DNA of 64,000 nucleotides from Oculina patagonica (Eukaryota): NCBI RefSeq assembly GCF_052425735.1, contig NC_135759.1, positions 37,386,001 to 37,450,000 of the forward strand, read 5' to 3'. Shown piece by piece: positions 1 to 13,257 of this stretch (position 1 is its first letter; each line of letters starts with the position of its first letter). The notes under the pieces were generated by a model. It saw only the letters and a program-made list of their open reading frames with translations, ran no database searches and was not told where the DNA came from. The position numbers and the translations under genes were made by a program.

Positions 1-3000
1 ATGCGAATAGCGGCAGTTTTTGCGTTTGATGTTTTGCGCCGCTGAGATGTTTTTTTTGCATTTTCAGCCAGATTTCTCACCTGACGTTTCATGTCACTGA
101 GAATGTTTTGGCGGCGTGTATACTAGAGAACAAGCGAGATTTTGTCACGGTTGACATTTAACAACCAAAACATGGTAAATCATTTCAGAATCATCAATTA
201 CAGTAGTATAATTCGCAAGGCTTACTTTTGCCAGACTGGTCACCGTTATCACTGTTTGTTGTTTTCATGTCCGGCAAACTTCAAAGGAGCAAACAAAATG
301 CAAATAGCTAATGTGTTTTGTGCACGGTCAAGACCAAAACATGCAAACCAAACAATGAACTTTGCAAAGCTATTCACCACGCCTTAAGCGACCATTCGAT
401 AACTACTGCGCACACTTGGTTGCCCGGCAGCGCTATGACCACTTTTTGAGTCGTGTAGCAAAGGAAGTTTCTTCCCCCCCCCCCCCCCCCCCACCCCCAC
501 CCCCCACGCCTGAGTGTTTCTACCTAAAACTTTTATTTGACTGTAACCCGGTGACAGATTACTTAGGTGAACGTGGAAGACAAGAGCAAGTTTAATTTGA
601 TCTTGGCAACAAGCTACTACTTGGAGAATATTTCACTGACATAAGACATATGGTCACACATGTTTCAAAAGAAATTTGTTTTTTGGTATATTTGTGGTTA
701 GTGAACTGATATCGTTCAAACAATTTTGATTAGCAAATTTGAACACTGTAAACATTGCTGTGGGCATGCTAAGAAAATTCAGTCACATATAAGCTTATAG
801 AAAACTGAATTGCTTGATTTCTCAGTTTCACATATGTAAACAAAATTTCTCAAATTTGACTTCAAACTATTTTTAGAAATTAAATTTTAAGGAAATTATT
901 TAGTTGAGATCGATCGCGAGAGCTCTTACTTTTTCATACACTTTTTTTTGCCACGTTATTAACATGGCGGTTTTACCGTACAATAAATGATCTCTTTTTC
1001 GACGAAAAACAAGCCTAGCAATTTATTTTTGTTTGAAGCCATGTCAAGGCTTTCGCGAAAGGCTATGCCAAACATACATTCATTCTGATTTACTACATTT
1101 GTGAACCTCACAGAAAAAAAGCGAGGCGATTTTATAAATCGAGCTCCTTACCTCCATTCAGTTCCATCCCACTCATTTGATACACCAATCTCCCTCAGTT
1201 CTGAGCCAGTTCAGGACATAAATGATCCCTGAATATATAACAAATATGTATGTTTAAAAATAGTCACTTGAAGCCAGTGCAAAGACTCAGTGATAATCAC
1301 ACAAAAATTTATAGCCTGGACAGGATTCCGGAATTTTTGTAAATATACGTGTGAAATAGTTTCTTGTTGACTATCGCAGAATGCAAAACACATTTCACGT
1401 TCAATTCACTATTTACCTAGAATGTTCTCTGTCACTTGGTGAAAGATTGATATGTTCTTAAGGACATAATTGCACAGTAATAACAGTAATAACATGTGAT
1501 AACTTTTTAGGGATTACATTAAGAAAAGTAAAATGTATGTAATATTGAGCCTCATTTCACAATGACCCGTCCATGATGATCCAGTGGCATTCATAAAAAC
1601 AGTAGATAAACAATAGAGAAGATATAAAACTATAATGGATTGGGATGAATGTAAAATATTAATGATACATTGAGGTACTAAGGGAAAAATCCTTAACTGA
1701 ATTACTGGAACCAAGAGAAGTATGAGATAGAACTAAGCTCGCGATTTTGAAGAATCGCTAAGATGAAATGATTTAGAGAAACCTTAATTTCACGTTTTTC
1801 GCCGGTTTAGCTAGCTTAACGATTTTAAATATAGCCCAAGCTACTACAAGCGGCATAGGTCCCCGTTGAAACAAATATGAGTGAAAATAAAAATACGACA
1901 CAAAGCAGCGGTACACAGAGCCGTTTTTGCGATCTATTTAATTTTTCAAACAAACCTATAGCTCTTACCACTCGGAGCCGAATTTTTTATTATATGTTGT
2001 ACTTAATTTTACAGCACGAAAAAAAGAAAAGCAGAAAAAATATGTAGTTAAAGGTCTGCAAATAGGAAAACACAGATAGTTCTATATTTTTGAAGCCGGT
2101 GATATATATACAACCTTTTTAATGCTAGCTGCATAGTGAAATTACAAAATCATAAAAAAAATGTAAAGCTTCCTAAACAAAAGCTAGAAAATCTGCCCGA
2201 AAATTTGCTGGAAATAAAATTTACCAAAGAAAAGTTAGTGTAGTATGTGAAAATTTCGAGAAATTCCCGTCGACTGACCACGTTCGCTCGTTTCCTCGGC
2301 AGCGCAAGTCGTTGTTTATAAACAAAACAATTAGTGACGTATGCTGTTCAACCGTTGTTGCCCGTATTGACTATTTGATACGCACAGTTGCCCTTTGAGT
2401 CAATATCACTATTATTTTTGAAGTTGGAATTGTCAACAATCTTATCTGAAGGATAGTGAATTCCATTGAAGTTAACTCAAGCAGTAGAAAGACAACTGAA
2501 AGAAAAGCTGGTCTTCGCCAGAAGTGACAACGGAAATAGCGTTTTCTGACGCTGGAAAAAGCACAACACACACAACGCAATGAGCTGGCATTGTATAAAT
2601 ATAGCTTTGATGCAAATTTGCAGTACCATGAAAAGTGTGTTTCATAGCAATTTCTAATTTTGACCCGCGTCTTGCTCTTTTGTCGACGGATCAACAATTC
2701 AAAATGAATAAGTAAGACCTTCCCAGACAGAATGAAAGCATCCAATTGCTTTGTTAAAACTGTCCTAACTTGTCGGGCCGAACAAAATCTCTACCTGAAT
2801 CAACTGCAGCCACTGAATTTTTAATACCCTAATCCGTTTGTCGGCTTACAAGCTACTGTCTGTGTTGTATTCACTTCTCTTTGTGTTTGATTTGTTACAC
2901 AGTGTGCGAGAGTTTCACGTGAAGACTATGGAAGGCTTTACTTACAGCGCAAAAAGGAGAACTTTAAACCAACAATTTCCGTAATCCAGCGGCTAGTCTT

Positions 3001-4094
3001 TAGACATTAGCAGGATTATCAGAGCCTTACAACTACAAAGAAATGTTCGCGTGACCAGCAATGAGGTAACGCTGTGAAGGTTGTAAAACATTACGGATAT
3101 GCAAAAGTTCGTTAACGACTGGAGTACGGTACCTCGTGCTCATTTGTGGCGTTGCTCTGTGTTCCGGCTGAAATCATACAAAGTTTATTCAGTCAGCGTG
3201 TTAACCAGCTCTTTCCTCTTACTACAAACAGCTGTTTTCAACCGAGTCTCCATTATTGTGAGCAGTCGACGCCACAAGAATCATTATTATAATACGTTAA
3301 TTACCATATAATTACCGTGTGACGTATACGTTTGTATATTAGCCCTCTAACTTATTAATCAGGTATTCAACCATTAAAAAAAATACGTGTTTCGTTTCAT
3401 TTCTCAAAAATGGAAGCTATGAATGCTATCTGTACAATTTGAAAACTTTCTCTTGTTCAACAGAAACGGATAGATTGAAAATCTGTCTAACTTTTTGCAT
3501 GGTTAAGGGTTATTAAGGAGTCACATACCGGACCAGATTTCACCTGCCAGCGTCTCCTAAGAAACGCGAACAACTGACACTAATGGTGACAAATTGATAG
3601 GACATTTTGCTGAAAGTAAAGAGCTAGAAGGCCTGATAAAACACACAACCAATAGGCTAACCCCGCAGAAGGAGCACTAAGGGATGACAGCAATCAATTT
3701 ATGGTGATCATCTATGGTCATAATTATAAACCCTGATGAAGAGCACTGATTATTTTAAATCTTCATTTTCCTTATGCATATTTATTCAGTCTAATAAATT
3801 CCATCCCCTTCTCCCCCGTCACAAACCGCGTAAAAATCATCAATGATAAGAGATCAGTAACCGTTATATGAGTTGCCAGGATAATTCGGCGAGAATGCAA
3901 CCTCGTTTAATTTCAGAGATCCTGGGATCAAGATTGGCGAATATGGCGCTACTTTGGAGAACCTTCTGAAGATTCAAGACGTGAAATTTAATAAGTCATT
4001 CCCAGTTTACTTTGGCCTCTTTTCCAAAATAAGGTTGTTATATGAAATTAAAATGTGTGAATAAACGAAGCAGCAGCGGCTTCTGGTTAGGGGC

Positions 4095-4177
4095 TAACCT
4101 GAGATCATGCCCTCCCTCCCTACTTACCACTCCCTCTCTCATCTTTGCAAGGCGGAAAAACGCCTGATCGCAGGTTA
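4095..4177. mobile_element. 83-bp palindromic mini-transposon (Academ-like)
   Basis: TAACCTGAGATCA...TGATCGCAGGTTA flanked by a perfect 9-bp TSD GTTAGGGGC. Confidence 0.75.
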
Positions 4178-4181
4178 GTTA

Positions 4182-5485
4182 GGGGCCAACCATTTTACTT
4201 TTGAGGGGGGGGGGATGGGTGATTTTGAAAAAAAATACCGTAAAATTCCGGTTATAAGCCCCCCCGCTTATAAGCCCCCCCAGTTATAGGCCCATCTTCT
4301 TGAAAACAAAAAAATACATCCGATTATAAGCCCCCCCGGATATAAGCCCCCCTCTGCCGGATGACAGTAATAACCAGGGCTAAATGTTGCTTTATTATGC
4401 GTTTCTAACTTAAAAACGTATTTCGATCAACACTCCCATGGCTCTTTTAGAAACGTTTTTTTTCATTCCGCTTATAAGCCCTCCCGGATATAAGCCCCTC
4501 CGTTTATAAGCCCACCCAAAACACCTTACGAAGTTGTATAAGCCCAGGGCTTATAACCGGAATTCTACGATATCCTGCAAGCGCATGCATGCAAGAAAAA
4601 AATTCATGTACAGGGCAGTGGTCAAAAAAGAAAACTCATGCGTGTGTAGTGGGCTGGAAAAAATTTCTGCCTGGGTTGGCACATTCAATTTTCGATATCA
4701 GCAAACTGTTAAAAGTTTTTAGTATCTGGACTTAGGCGAGAGGGATTCATACCACAATAATGTGCCCCCCTCAGTTGGCTTTTTTGCCTGTGGTTACCGT
4801 TCTTGGTACAAGTTTTTTCTCAAATTCAAGTTCACGCCTGGTGTTGTGACCTGAAGAACAATGTTTTGAATGCAGTCTAAATCGAGGATGCCAGGATACA
4901 TCTAGCGCTAGCTGCTGGAACATGAAGTAAACTTTATTATAAATATATATTTGAAGCTCTTTATTCTATTAACCAAAACTTTTTCGGACACTTTGGTGAA
5001 GGTTTTACACGGCCTTATGCGCCTACTGGCGAGATGAATATAATAATGATGATGGAGGTTTTACAGATACATTGGCGCGAAAATAACACAAATACTATCA
5101 AGCCGTTACGTATTTCAAGCCATGTCTTTCAAAGTGGCTTAATGATCTGCTACAAGATCTTCAAAATGATCATATGGTACTAGTTCCTCATTTACAGCTT
5201 CCACTATTTCCGCCATTCCAAAACCCTTCCTTGTCAAGTCGGGTTTATTTGTGTACTGAAAACAATTATACTGTAAACACGTAAAAATTTCAGACGGTTT
5301 TACTTCTGATTCAGTTTGAAAAAAAAAATCCTGCAAGCGCACGTGTGCAAGAAAAAAATTCCTGCACAAGACCATCGTCCCAAAAAAAATTCGCACATGT
5401 ACAGTGGGTTGAAAAAATTTTTTACGCCCACACCAAATCACCCATCCCCCCCCCCCCTCAATAGTAAAATGGTTGAATTGGCCCC
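4182..5485. mobile_element. PIF/Harbinger-like MITE hosting nested insertions
   Basis: TIRs of about 45 bp (GGGGCCAACCATTTTACT-polyG-ATGGGTGATTT and its reverse complement), with TTA on both flanks. Confidence 0.7.
4238..4570. mobile_element. Tc1/mariner-pogo-like MITE
   Basis: TIR CCGTAAAATTCCGGTTATAAGCCC / GGGCTTATAACCGGAATTCTACG, TA flanks and internal TATAAGCCC repeats. Confidence 0.75.
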
Positions 5486-5565
5486 TTATATGACCCCTTT
5501 GTCACATGAAAGAACTTTTTTTAATTAGTGTCACCAATTAGTGTGTAAAACGCTAAAACGATTGA

Positions 5566-5699
5566 NNNNNNNNNNNNNNNNNNNNNNNNNNNNNNNNNNN
5601 NNNNNNNNNNNNNNNNNNNNNNNNNNNNNNNNNNNNNNNNNNNNNNNNNNNNNNNNNNNNNNNNNNNNNNNNNNNNNNNNNNNNNNNNNNNNNNNNNNN
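5566..5699. other. Assembly gap (N run)
   Basis: Run of N bases. Confidence 1.
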
Positions 5700-6187
5700 C
5701 CCTTATTTTGTTACCGACTTGTCTGTGATGGATCAACCTCGTTCCCAGGGCCTTCTCCTACCGGGCGGTTTGATCCGAGCGAAGCGTCAATCACACGGGA
5801 TCAGGGCCATTGCCGAGTTATCGACTTCCGTTATGCAGTTTAATGCTTGTTTTTCTCTAAAGCTGTTACCTTTACCAAAACCTTTAATTTTCAAAATGGG
5901 AAGATGAGGTATATTTAAATCAAATTTAAAGCACAATGGGGTAGATCATTATTAGTCACAACCTGAATGCATATGTGTATTTTAATACACATATGAGGAA
6001 ATTTGGTTATTTCCTCAAGTCTGAGGCGAAAAATAGAAATAAGTTAAACTTTTAATTAACTTCTTCATAATGTGTTGTTTATTTTACGTATCAATTAAAC
6101 ATATTCGCTGACTTTAATTTTACAAGTTTAAGTAATTTAAAGGAAAAGCACATTTGGTAGAATCCGTAGTTTGCAGTTCAGGTAGAA

Positions 6188-9100
6188 TCATTTGTGGTAA
6201 TACCAAGGCACGTTGCATTCTTTTGATGTCCCGTATGTTTTGTACTTATATTCAGCAAGGCAGTCACCACCCAGTGAACCAAACAGATCAGCAGCGCTGT
6301 TATAATGCTTGTCCATGCCCCCTGTTCTCCATTCTTGTTTATATCTATCAGTCCAATAATATTGATGTATAAATATTTTGCAACCTTAGCGCGAATACTA
6401 AAGATAACTGAATACTAAAGAATATACTAAAGACAGCTAATGGTCTGTTGTCAATCTAGGACAGTTAAGTTTATTTTATTGGCTACGCCATGGTTTGCTA
6501 TTCGCCGATAGTTATGAGAAATAATTATAGGAAGGTTAATGATAAACATTGACCTTAGGAGATTATGAATGGTGTGTTTGGGGAGCGGTGGGAGGGGGGA
6601 GGGGGTTGTACACTGATTCATGGAGGTATAAGTAGAGACGAAGTAAAATGTGAGATGCTAAATGAAGGACTAATCCCTCAAGAGAGCCAAATCAGTGATG
6701 ACTGCAGCTGATACAGATACCTAGAAAACAAATATACCCTGGTTTATTTGCTATAAACCGAACGAACGAACGAATGCCTTTTTTCGGTCTATTCTTATCC
6801 AGTGTCACGACTCTCTTTCTCGCGCTTTACACTGGGAACCCGCGCCACACAGACAACCCACGCATATAATAAGAAACTGGTTTACCTGCTCGTTGTGATT
6901 CGAAGCGGTCTTTTGCGGGGAAATGTGCAGATGGGCTGTTCTTCATGGGGAGAAGTGAGTAGGAAACTGAACTCCAGGATGGCTTCTCGAACGCTAGCCT
7001 GTGTACAGCACAGGCTACTTGAACACTGAATTTCATCGTATCAATTTGATGGCTGTTTTCTTAGTTATAGCCATTCGAACGAAAAACTGTCGAAATCGAA
7101 AGAAAGTTCGAATGCTAGAAAACGCCTAGATTACCGATTGGATGGAAAAATTACAAAACTCAATTTTTTTAAGAAAATGTAGTACTGCTTGTACCTGGGC
7201 AAATTGTGCTTTATTGTGCTCATAGTTCTCCGTCTGAAAATTAAGCGGCTGATTTCTACTGAATTATATGTGACTGGCTTTAACTGGACCGGAAGTGATT
7301 TATTTTTGAGGTGATTAATCGCAAACCATGTAATTTTCTTTCGCGATTTTCACTGCTTCAGGTTTCTGAAAGTTTTGAGCACGCCGTATGCACCTTATGC
7401 ACAGACAATCGGAAGTTGCAGTCCAGTTTTGATGCCCAGCCCCTCCAGAAATGCCGCAAGTACAACAAATGTAACGCCATAGAACGAAAGTAACGTTCTA
7501 GACCGGAAGTAACACCTGTTACCGTAATGATTCGATTTAGCGCCCGGGGCGCTTATTTACTTTTGGCACCTTAAGGGAGGGCGCTTATTCGAGACAGGGC
7601 GCTTATTCGGGACAGGGCGCTTATTTAATTTTTTGCGAAACAACCAAATGTTCAAAACAAAACTTTAATACATTTTAAAATAACTAGCAATAACATAAAC
7701 TGTAACAGTAACAAATTGTTGAAAGTTCATTTACTTTTACAAGTATTATTCATTAGCAGTAAATGTATACATGTACGGTACGGTCAATGTTCATGAGTTA
7801 ATCTTTTCGACGTCGACAACTTCAGTAGAGTCAGTTAGCCACAATAGGAGCGCTTTTAAGAATAGGGTTGCGTGTAAGAACGGGGGTGCTTATAAGAATG
7901 GGGGCGCTTATTGAAATAGGGGCGCCTATTAACAAAAACACATTCGAAGGGGGGCGCTTATTCGGAAGGGGGCGCTTATTGGAAGGAGGGCGCTTAATCG
8001 AATCATTACGGTACATTATCAGTGATAATCACATCGATCACGCAACGAATCACTGTGGCACTTATTAAAATCCTGATGCAACGCAATTTACATGAGAGCA
8101 TTTTCGCAGTTCCGTCACTCAACAATCGCCGATTATTTTTAAAACATACGCCTAGATATAAAACACATGACCTTAAAGTCACAACCGAAAGTTACTACAA
8201 GGGATCGGTTTACGGCTTTGCATAAACAAAAGAATATTCGTCATTGTTTCACTTTGGGGCAGTTGCAATGCTCACGATTTGTAAAAAATTTAGAAACACT
8301 CAGGACGGAATCAAAAGTTCTCGTTGTAATCGATTGTAAATATTATGCATACCTGGAATCCAAAGAACAATGATTGGACTTTCAAGATGGAAATTTAGGT
8401 TCCATAAAACTAAAACCGAGTTATTCGACCGTTTGCCAAGCAACAGCAAAGAAAACAAAGAAGAACTATACTAGATAGGAACACTCTCTGAACTCACGTT
8501 TGTTGAGGCGACGCAGAAGGCATCTTAATGCTTGCAGTCGACGGTGTTCAAATTTAGCTCGATTTAGCAGGCATTCGGTCATAGAGAGCTGCCAGCAGCT
8601 TTAAATTAGGTTCGAATTACCTAGGCTCGCGCCGAATGCGTGGGCGATCGTGCCGGGTCAAGTGCCAGTCACTCTCCGATCCCAAGTGAGGGGAGAACAA
8701 GGAGCATCCTCGTACCCAGGGTCTTCGTTCCGTTTGACCAGCGGTCAGGAAACGAGCGTTTCTCGTTTCTTCAAGCCTGCGCAGAAGGAAGGGAGACTCG
8801 AGGGACCCTCCTCTTTCCGAGGTTCTTCATTCCCTTTGACCAGCAGTCAGGAGACTCGAGGTACCATTCTCGTACCTCGAGTCTTCGTCCCTTCTGCGCA
8901 GGCTTGAAGAAACGAGCGTTTCCTGACCGGTGGTCAAAGGGAACGAAGACCCTGGGTACAAGGATGCTCGAGGTACGAGATCGAAAATGAACAAAGAGAG
9001 GAAGAGGCGCATGGGGAGTAATGGGAAGGGGAAAAAGGTGGGAGCCTGAGGGCATGAGGCCTCGCTTCAATGTTTCAGCTTTAGCCTCTTTTTAGGATCT

Positions 9101-10372
9101 GGATGATGGTGCTGAAATCCCAGTAGTCGTTAAAATTCTTGGCTATTTCAGTCTCAGCTATCAGTAAAAAATCTCAGCTAATTTCTCAGCTACATCTGAG
9201 TATACTAGTTTTGCACGTCTCAGATCCCAGCTATCAGCCGTCATTTCTCAGCCGCAAGACAGTTAAAACTTTCATCATTTCGTAGCTATCACAGATCCAG
9301 ACCCTCTTAAATATTTTAAACTAAAGAACGGTTAAGCGGAATAATGAGGAAAAATATGATGCTGGCCAGTTTTCAGATTTTTTTTGTCCGTGGAGTACAT
9401 ACAGTTTATATGGAATGTTTGAAAGTTAACAGATAAACATTGGGGCAGGAAAGGGACTACTATATGAAAGAGAAAGAGAAAGGGATTAGGGGTATCAATA
9501 AGGGATCATGGTATCGTTTGGGGTTGCACGTGACGAAATAAAGGCTCCGTCTTATTTTGTTTGCAGGCATGAAGAGATGTATCTTGTAGGGATAAAACAC
9601 TGCTTTGGCCACGCCCAGATTGGTCCCTTTCAAATTCTCCGACGAGCATCCCCGTCCCTTTCATGCATATGACAGTGTCTCCCTCACCCGGCTGTGAACC
9701 CCTTTAAAAGATTATTTCATATGTCTGGCTTAAGTGTCTTGCTCAAGGTCATTCAGGTCGAATTGGAATTTGGAAATGTTAATTTTTCAAGAGAGCCAAC
9801 AACAAACTCAACCCACTTATGGCACCGGGCCGGAATCGAACCCTGCCCGCATATTGGTCGGGTGGCGAGCGCTCTCCCCACTGCGCCATCCCCGCGCTCC
9901 CCAAAACGCTAGATCTAAAGAATTGGACAGACTTGACATTTTACCCAATGCATTTTAAAGAAAAAAATACGGGAAAGGAATTTTACCTTATTCGAGTGAC
10001 AAAAGAAGCCGCATAAGCACCGCATTGTGACGCGTCGTGACTTCCACGGCAACGAAAATAATCGTCACAGTTCCTTGCTCTGGCCGCCTGCATGTCATTC
10101 AACGCCTTACTCATGTTTTTCACTGCACAGATAATCTGTTGAGGGGACCCACGGTACTTAGAGGCCTCGACTTTCATCCATTGCGGAACTGAGTTGGGCA
10201 ACACTTCTAACCATTTGGGAAGCGCCCGCCGAGAAAGCAATTCGCTTCTTTTCTCCTCTTGGGTTTCGCGGTCAGGGATTCCTTGGCCGAGAGAGACTTG
10301 GGAGAGGATTAAAAACACAGTCAGCATGAAGACAGCAGTGCTAGGTATACCGAGCGCCTTTTGTGTCTTCAT
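6188..10372 (-). CDS. Serum amyloid A-like, cysteine-rich secreted prepro-protein (2 coding exons, 180 aa)
   Basis: Exon 1 is 10372-9987 (ATG MKTQK..., hydrophobic signal peptide, donor AG|gtaaaa, phase 2). Exon 2 is 6344-6188 (acceptor gatag|, TGA) and is phase-compatible. The sequence MSKALNDMQAARARNCDDYFRCRGSHDASQCG aligns with SAA [32 protein letters not shown]. Exon 2 NSAADLFGSLGGD aligns with SAA DQAANEWGRSGKD. The exon 2 acceptor is inferred and weak. Confidence 0.7.
7522..8011. mobile_element. Tc1/mariner-pogo-like MITE in the SAA-like intron
   Basis: TIR CCGTAATGATTCGATT(T)AGCGCC, TA TSD and internal GGGCGCTTATT repeats. Confidence 0.85.
8705..8989. mobile_element. Palindromic mini-transposon containing an inverted copy of its own family (8865-8966)
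   Basis: The outer flanks are AACAAGGAG/AACAAAGAG. The inner copy is flanked by a perfect 10-bp TSD CTCGAGGTAC. Confidence 0.7.
9735..9900 (-). mobile_element. tRNA-derived SINE fragment
   Basis: Minus-strand A box (TGGCGCAGTGG) and B box (GGTTCGATTCC), followed by a non-tRNA body. Confidence 0.65.
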
Positions 10373-13257
10373 GATTCGTTCGCGAAGAGCTTTCAAAATT
10401 ACAACAGTGAAGAGACAAAAACAAAGCTCACTAAGCTTAGTCTTTGAACTAAAGGAACTTATTGTCAAGGTCATCAATTTATACGCTTTAGGTTTTAAAT
10501 TAATGATGAAAAGTTTCCTGTAACTCAAAACTCCGCGTTGTTCATTAAGGTTCATTAAATTCTACTTTGGCAAATAAATTAAGCTTTTAATAAAGGCTGA
10601 TTGTCCAGGTTTTGGCCGTTAAGGATCGTTAAGTGTGCTAAATTAAGTCTTTAACGCTACACTGTTAAGAATATTTTCTTGGAATGTACTGATATATAAC
10701 TTATCGCTTTCATTTTAGCGAGCCCTTTAAAGCGCAAAGTGCCTGTTAAATGCTTAAATATACCCAAACTAATTTAGCGAAGTGTTATGAAGCCAGATGT
10801 CTCTCATTCAAACTGTTTGTTAGCTCTCCGTTGCCCAATGTCAACCGTTGAAAAGAAGAACTACAATGAAAATGAAAATGTCTTAATTTTGAACAGATTG
10901 GAAAAAAAAATAAATATAAATATAAATACATAAATTTTACAGTGCTAGCTGAAGAATCGATCCCCACTTTTACTTCGGCTGCTATCGATCCCAGGCTATC
11001 GATTTATATCTGCCACGACAACTTGCCATAGCCTTGACTCGAAAAAATATCCATTTCCGGATCACCTGCTCTATAGCGGCCAGCTTTTTGCTGTAAATAA
11101 ATTGTGATTGATCTACCCTAAAAAGACAATATTAATCTTCTTAATTGACGTTTTTTCTGGTATAACTTCCTTATACAGTGCTTATATTTCATTCCTCCTG
11201 AACTTTATTGTTGAAAGTTGAAGTCTATGCGGAAACACAGAATGACGAGCAAAATAAGAATTGAAGGAAGTAGCTTTGAACAAACACTGTCAACTGTATT
11301 ACAAGCGACGCGCCTAAAAATCAACAAACGACTGCAATAAGTGAGCGGAATACGCTGATAATGCTTCTCAAAATCATTTTCGATATTATTTGTCCCATAC
11401 GTATGTGTATATCGCGACATTTTGCCCGTAACTCAACTTAGAGGTCAAATTAAATAAATGTGGCATGTCTATAGGTTGCAGAAAGAATCAGTGCCGAGGT
11501 AATATACGAATTACATTACAAGCATATTCGAGATAAATATAAAGACAATTCTTCTAGGCAATAAGATCCTGTAATCATATTATACTTCATCTTGAAGCCT
11601 TTTAATCAACCAGACTTGGTGTAAGACACATCAGATTTTTCGCTATTTCAAGGAAAACAATTTTTACGTATGTATAGCGTACATGAAGAGCTGAAAAATC
11701 TATTCCTTCGCGGCTAGGAAATACAGCCAACATATCCGATAATTTGTCGCTCCTCGTATCACTTTCTAATATTCAATCCTCTTGAAAGATATGCATCTGA
11801 AAAGGCCCCCACAGGCATCATAATTATTTATGGTTTATGCCGTTTGTCGTATGAAACAGATGTCTTTAAAGCACTGGACCATTGATGCTAACAATTTCTT
11901 AAAAACACGTTTCAACTATATTTATAGAACCAATTTGCTGGGAGGAACAAAGGTAAAGTAGAATTAATAAAAACTGGAGCATTTAAAAATGCATGTCTAG
12001 GGTTTTGATTGGCTTAGCGGCCACTGGATACCGGTCATTATACCATGCCCGACATGGTCGACAAAAATCGTCCACTGGCATGGCATGCAGCCTAGCATCT
12101 CTTGGCGTAAATGATCTCGAACATAAGTAATGCGCCCTCAGCTTTTTGCTGGCGTGGTAAACAAAACGATTATCGCCCCCTCCCCGTTCCCCGCCTTCCC
12201 TCCTCTCACGAAAAACAACAACAACTGGGCTCTCGACATAACTCGACATATGTTCACATTAATTCACAAATGTTCACGTACGTAAGCAAGGTCTGCACCC
12301 TCTGCGGACCTCTTTTGGCTCATTCCAAGGACCCTATCTCTTGGCAACGAGTTTGACGTCAAAGGCAGATGTCAAAGGCAGTGTTTTACCTCGTTTCAGT
12401 AATTTACAATTCCTGTTCGGAATCGGGAAAATTCGACATATAATTTCTTCGTTTTCTTATCACCGGTGTTCCTTAACAGCTACTTTCGAGGATTTACAAG
12501 GGTAAGTTGTAATGACTGTAATGTGGTGATTTTAAGCCTGCACATCGTGATTTCAAAGTGTAAAGTGGGCGCTTACAATTTGAATCGCTTGGCCGGGTTG
12601 ATATATTTCCGTGTGACGAAACGTTTCATTTGAGCTTAATTTCAACTCTGTCAGTGTCCACATCTTGTTCTTGATCAAATCATTTCCAGAATTGGGCTTA
12701 CAGATCCCCATTGATATTACTTTGAGCTTTATACCGAGGCTATTATTCATTGTTTGTGTGTGTGTTCTTTCGCAATTCTTTCAATTTCTTAATTCCTCGT
12801 TCGATATCGAATGGCGTGCGCAGTGTAAGTCGAAGTGTCGAGATGTGAAAGCCTAAAAGTTTATTTTATAACAAGCTTTAGTTGTAATAAAAGTTTCCCA
12901 TGCTTCTAACTTAACTCTGCTTCTAAATTAACCAGACTGCAGCCAGAAATTTAGACTTTATTTGCGGTGTCCATAATCAGTCGACCGGAAACACTGCGCG
13001 TATTATGGTTTTAAAAAACCCACAATTTATTTTTTTATATACAGAACTCTTAACCCTATATACGGTCCACTCTGCTTCAGTTTGTAGCTCGTTTAAGATT
13101 GAAAAATATAGTTGTAGTTGGCGTGGTGGTCTACTGCGCTACTCACTATGTTTTAAATAAATGCAAGTTCTGCATTTAGCTGCAATCAATAAGCTTTAGG
13201 TGTTTATATCTCGCCTTGTTCTGACACATTTCACGAGATTGCAATCTGTTACTGTTA

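Noticed and set aside
8640-9070. Four overlapping ORFs
   Set aside because: They are by-products of nested palindromic mini-transposons.
10373-10555. N-terminal extension of the 190-aa ORF
   Set aside because: The signal peptide follows the ATG at 10372, so the upstream part is probably 5' UTR or promoter. The ORF's stop codon lies inside the intron.
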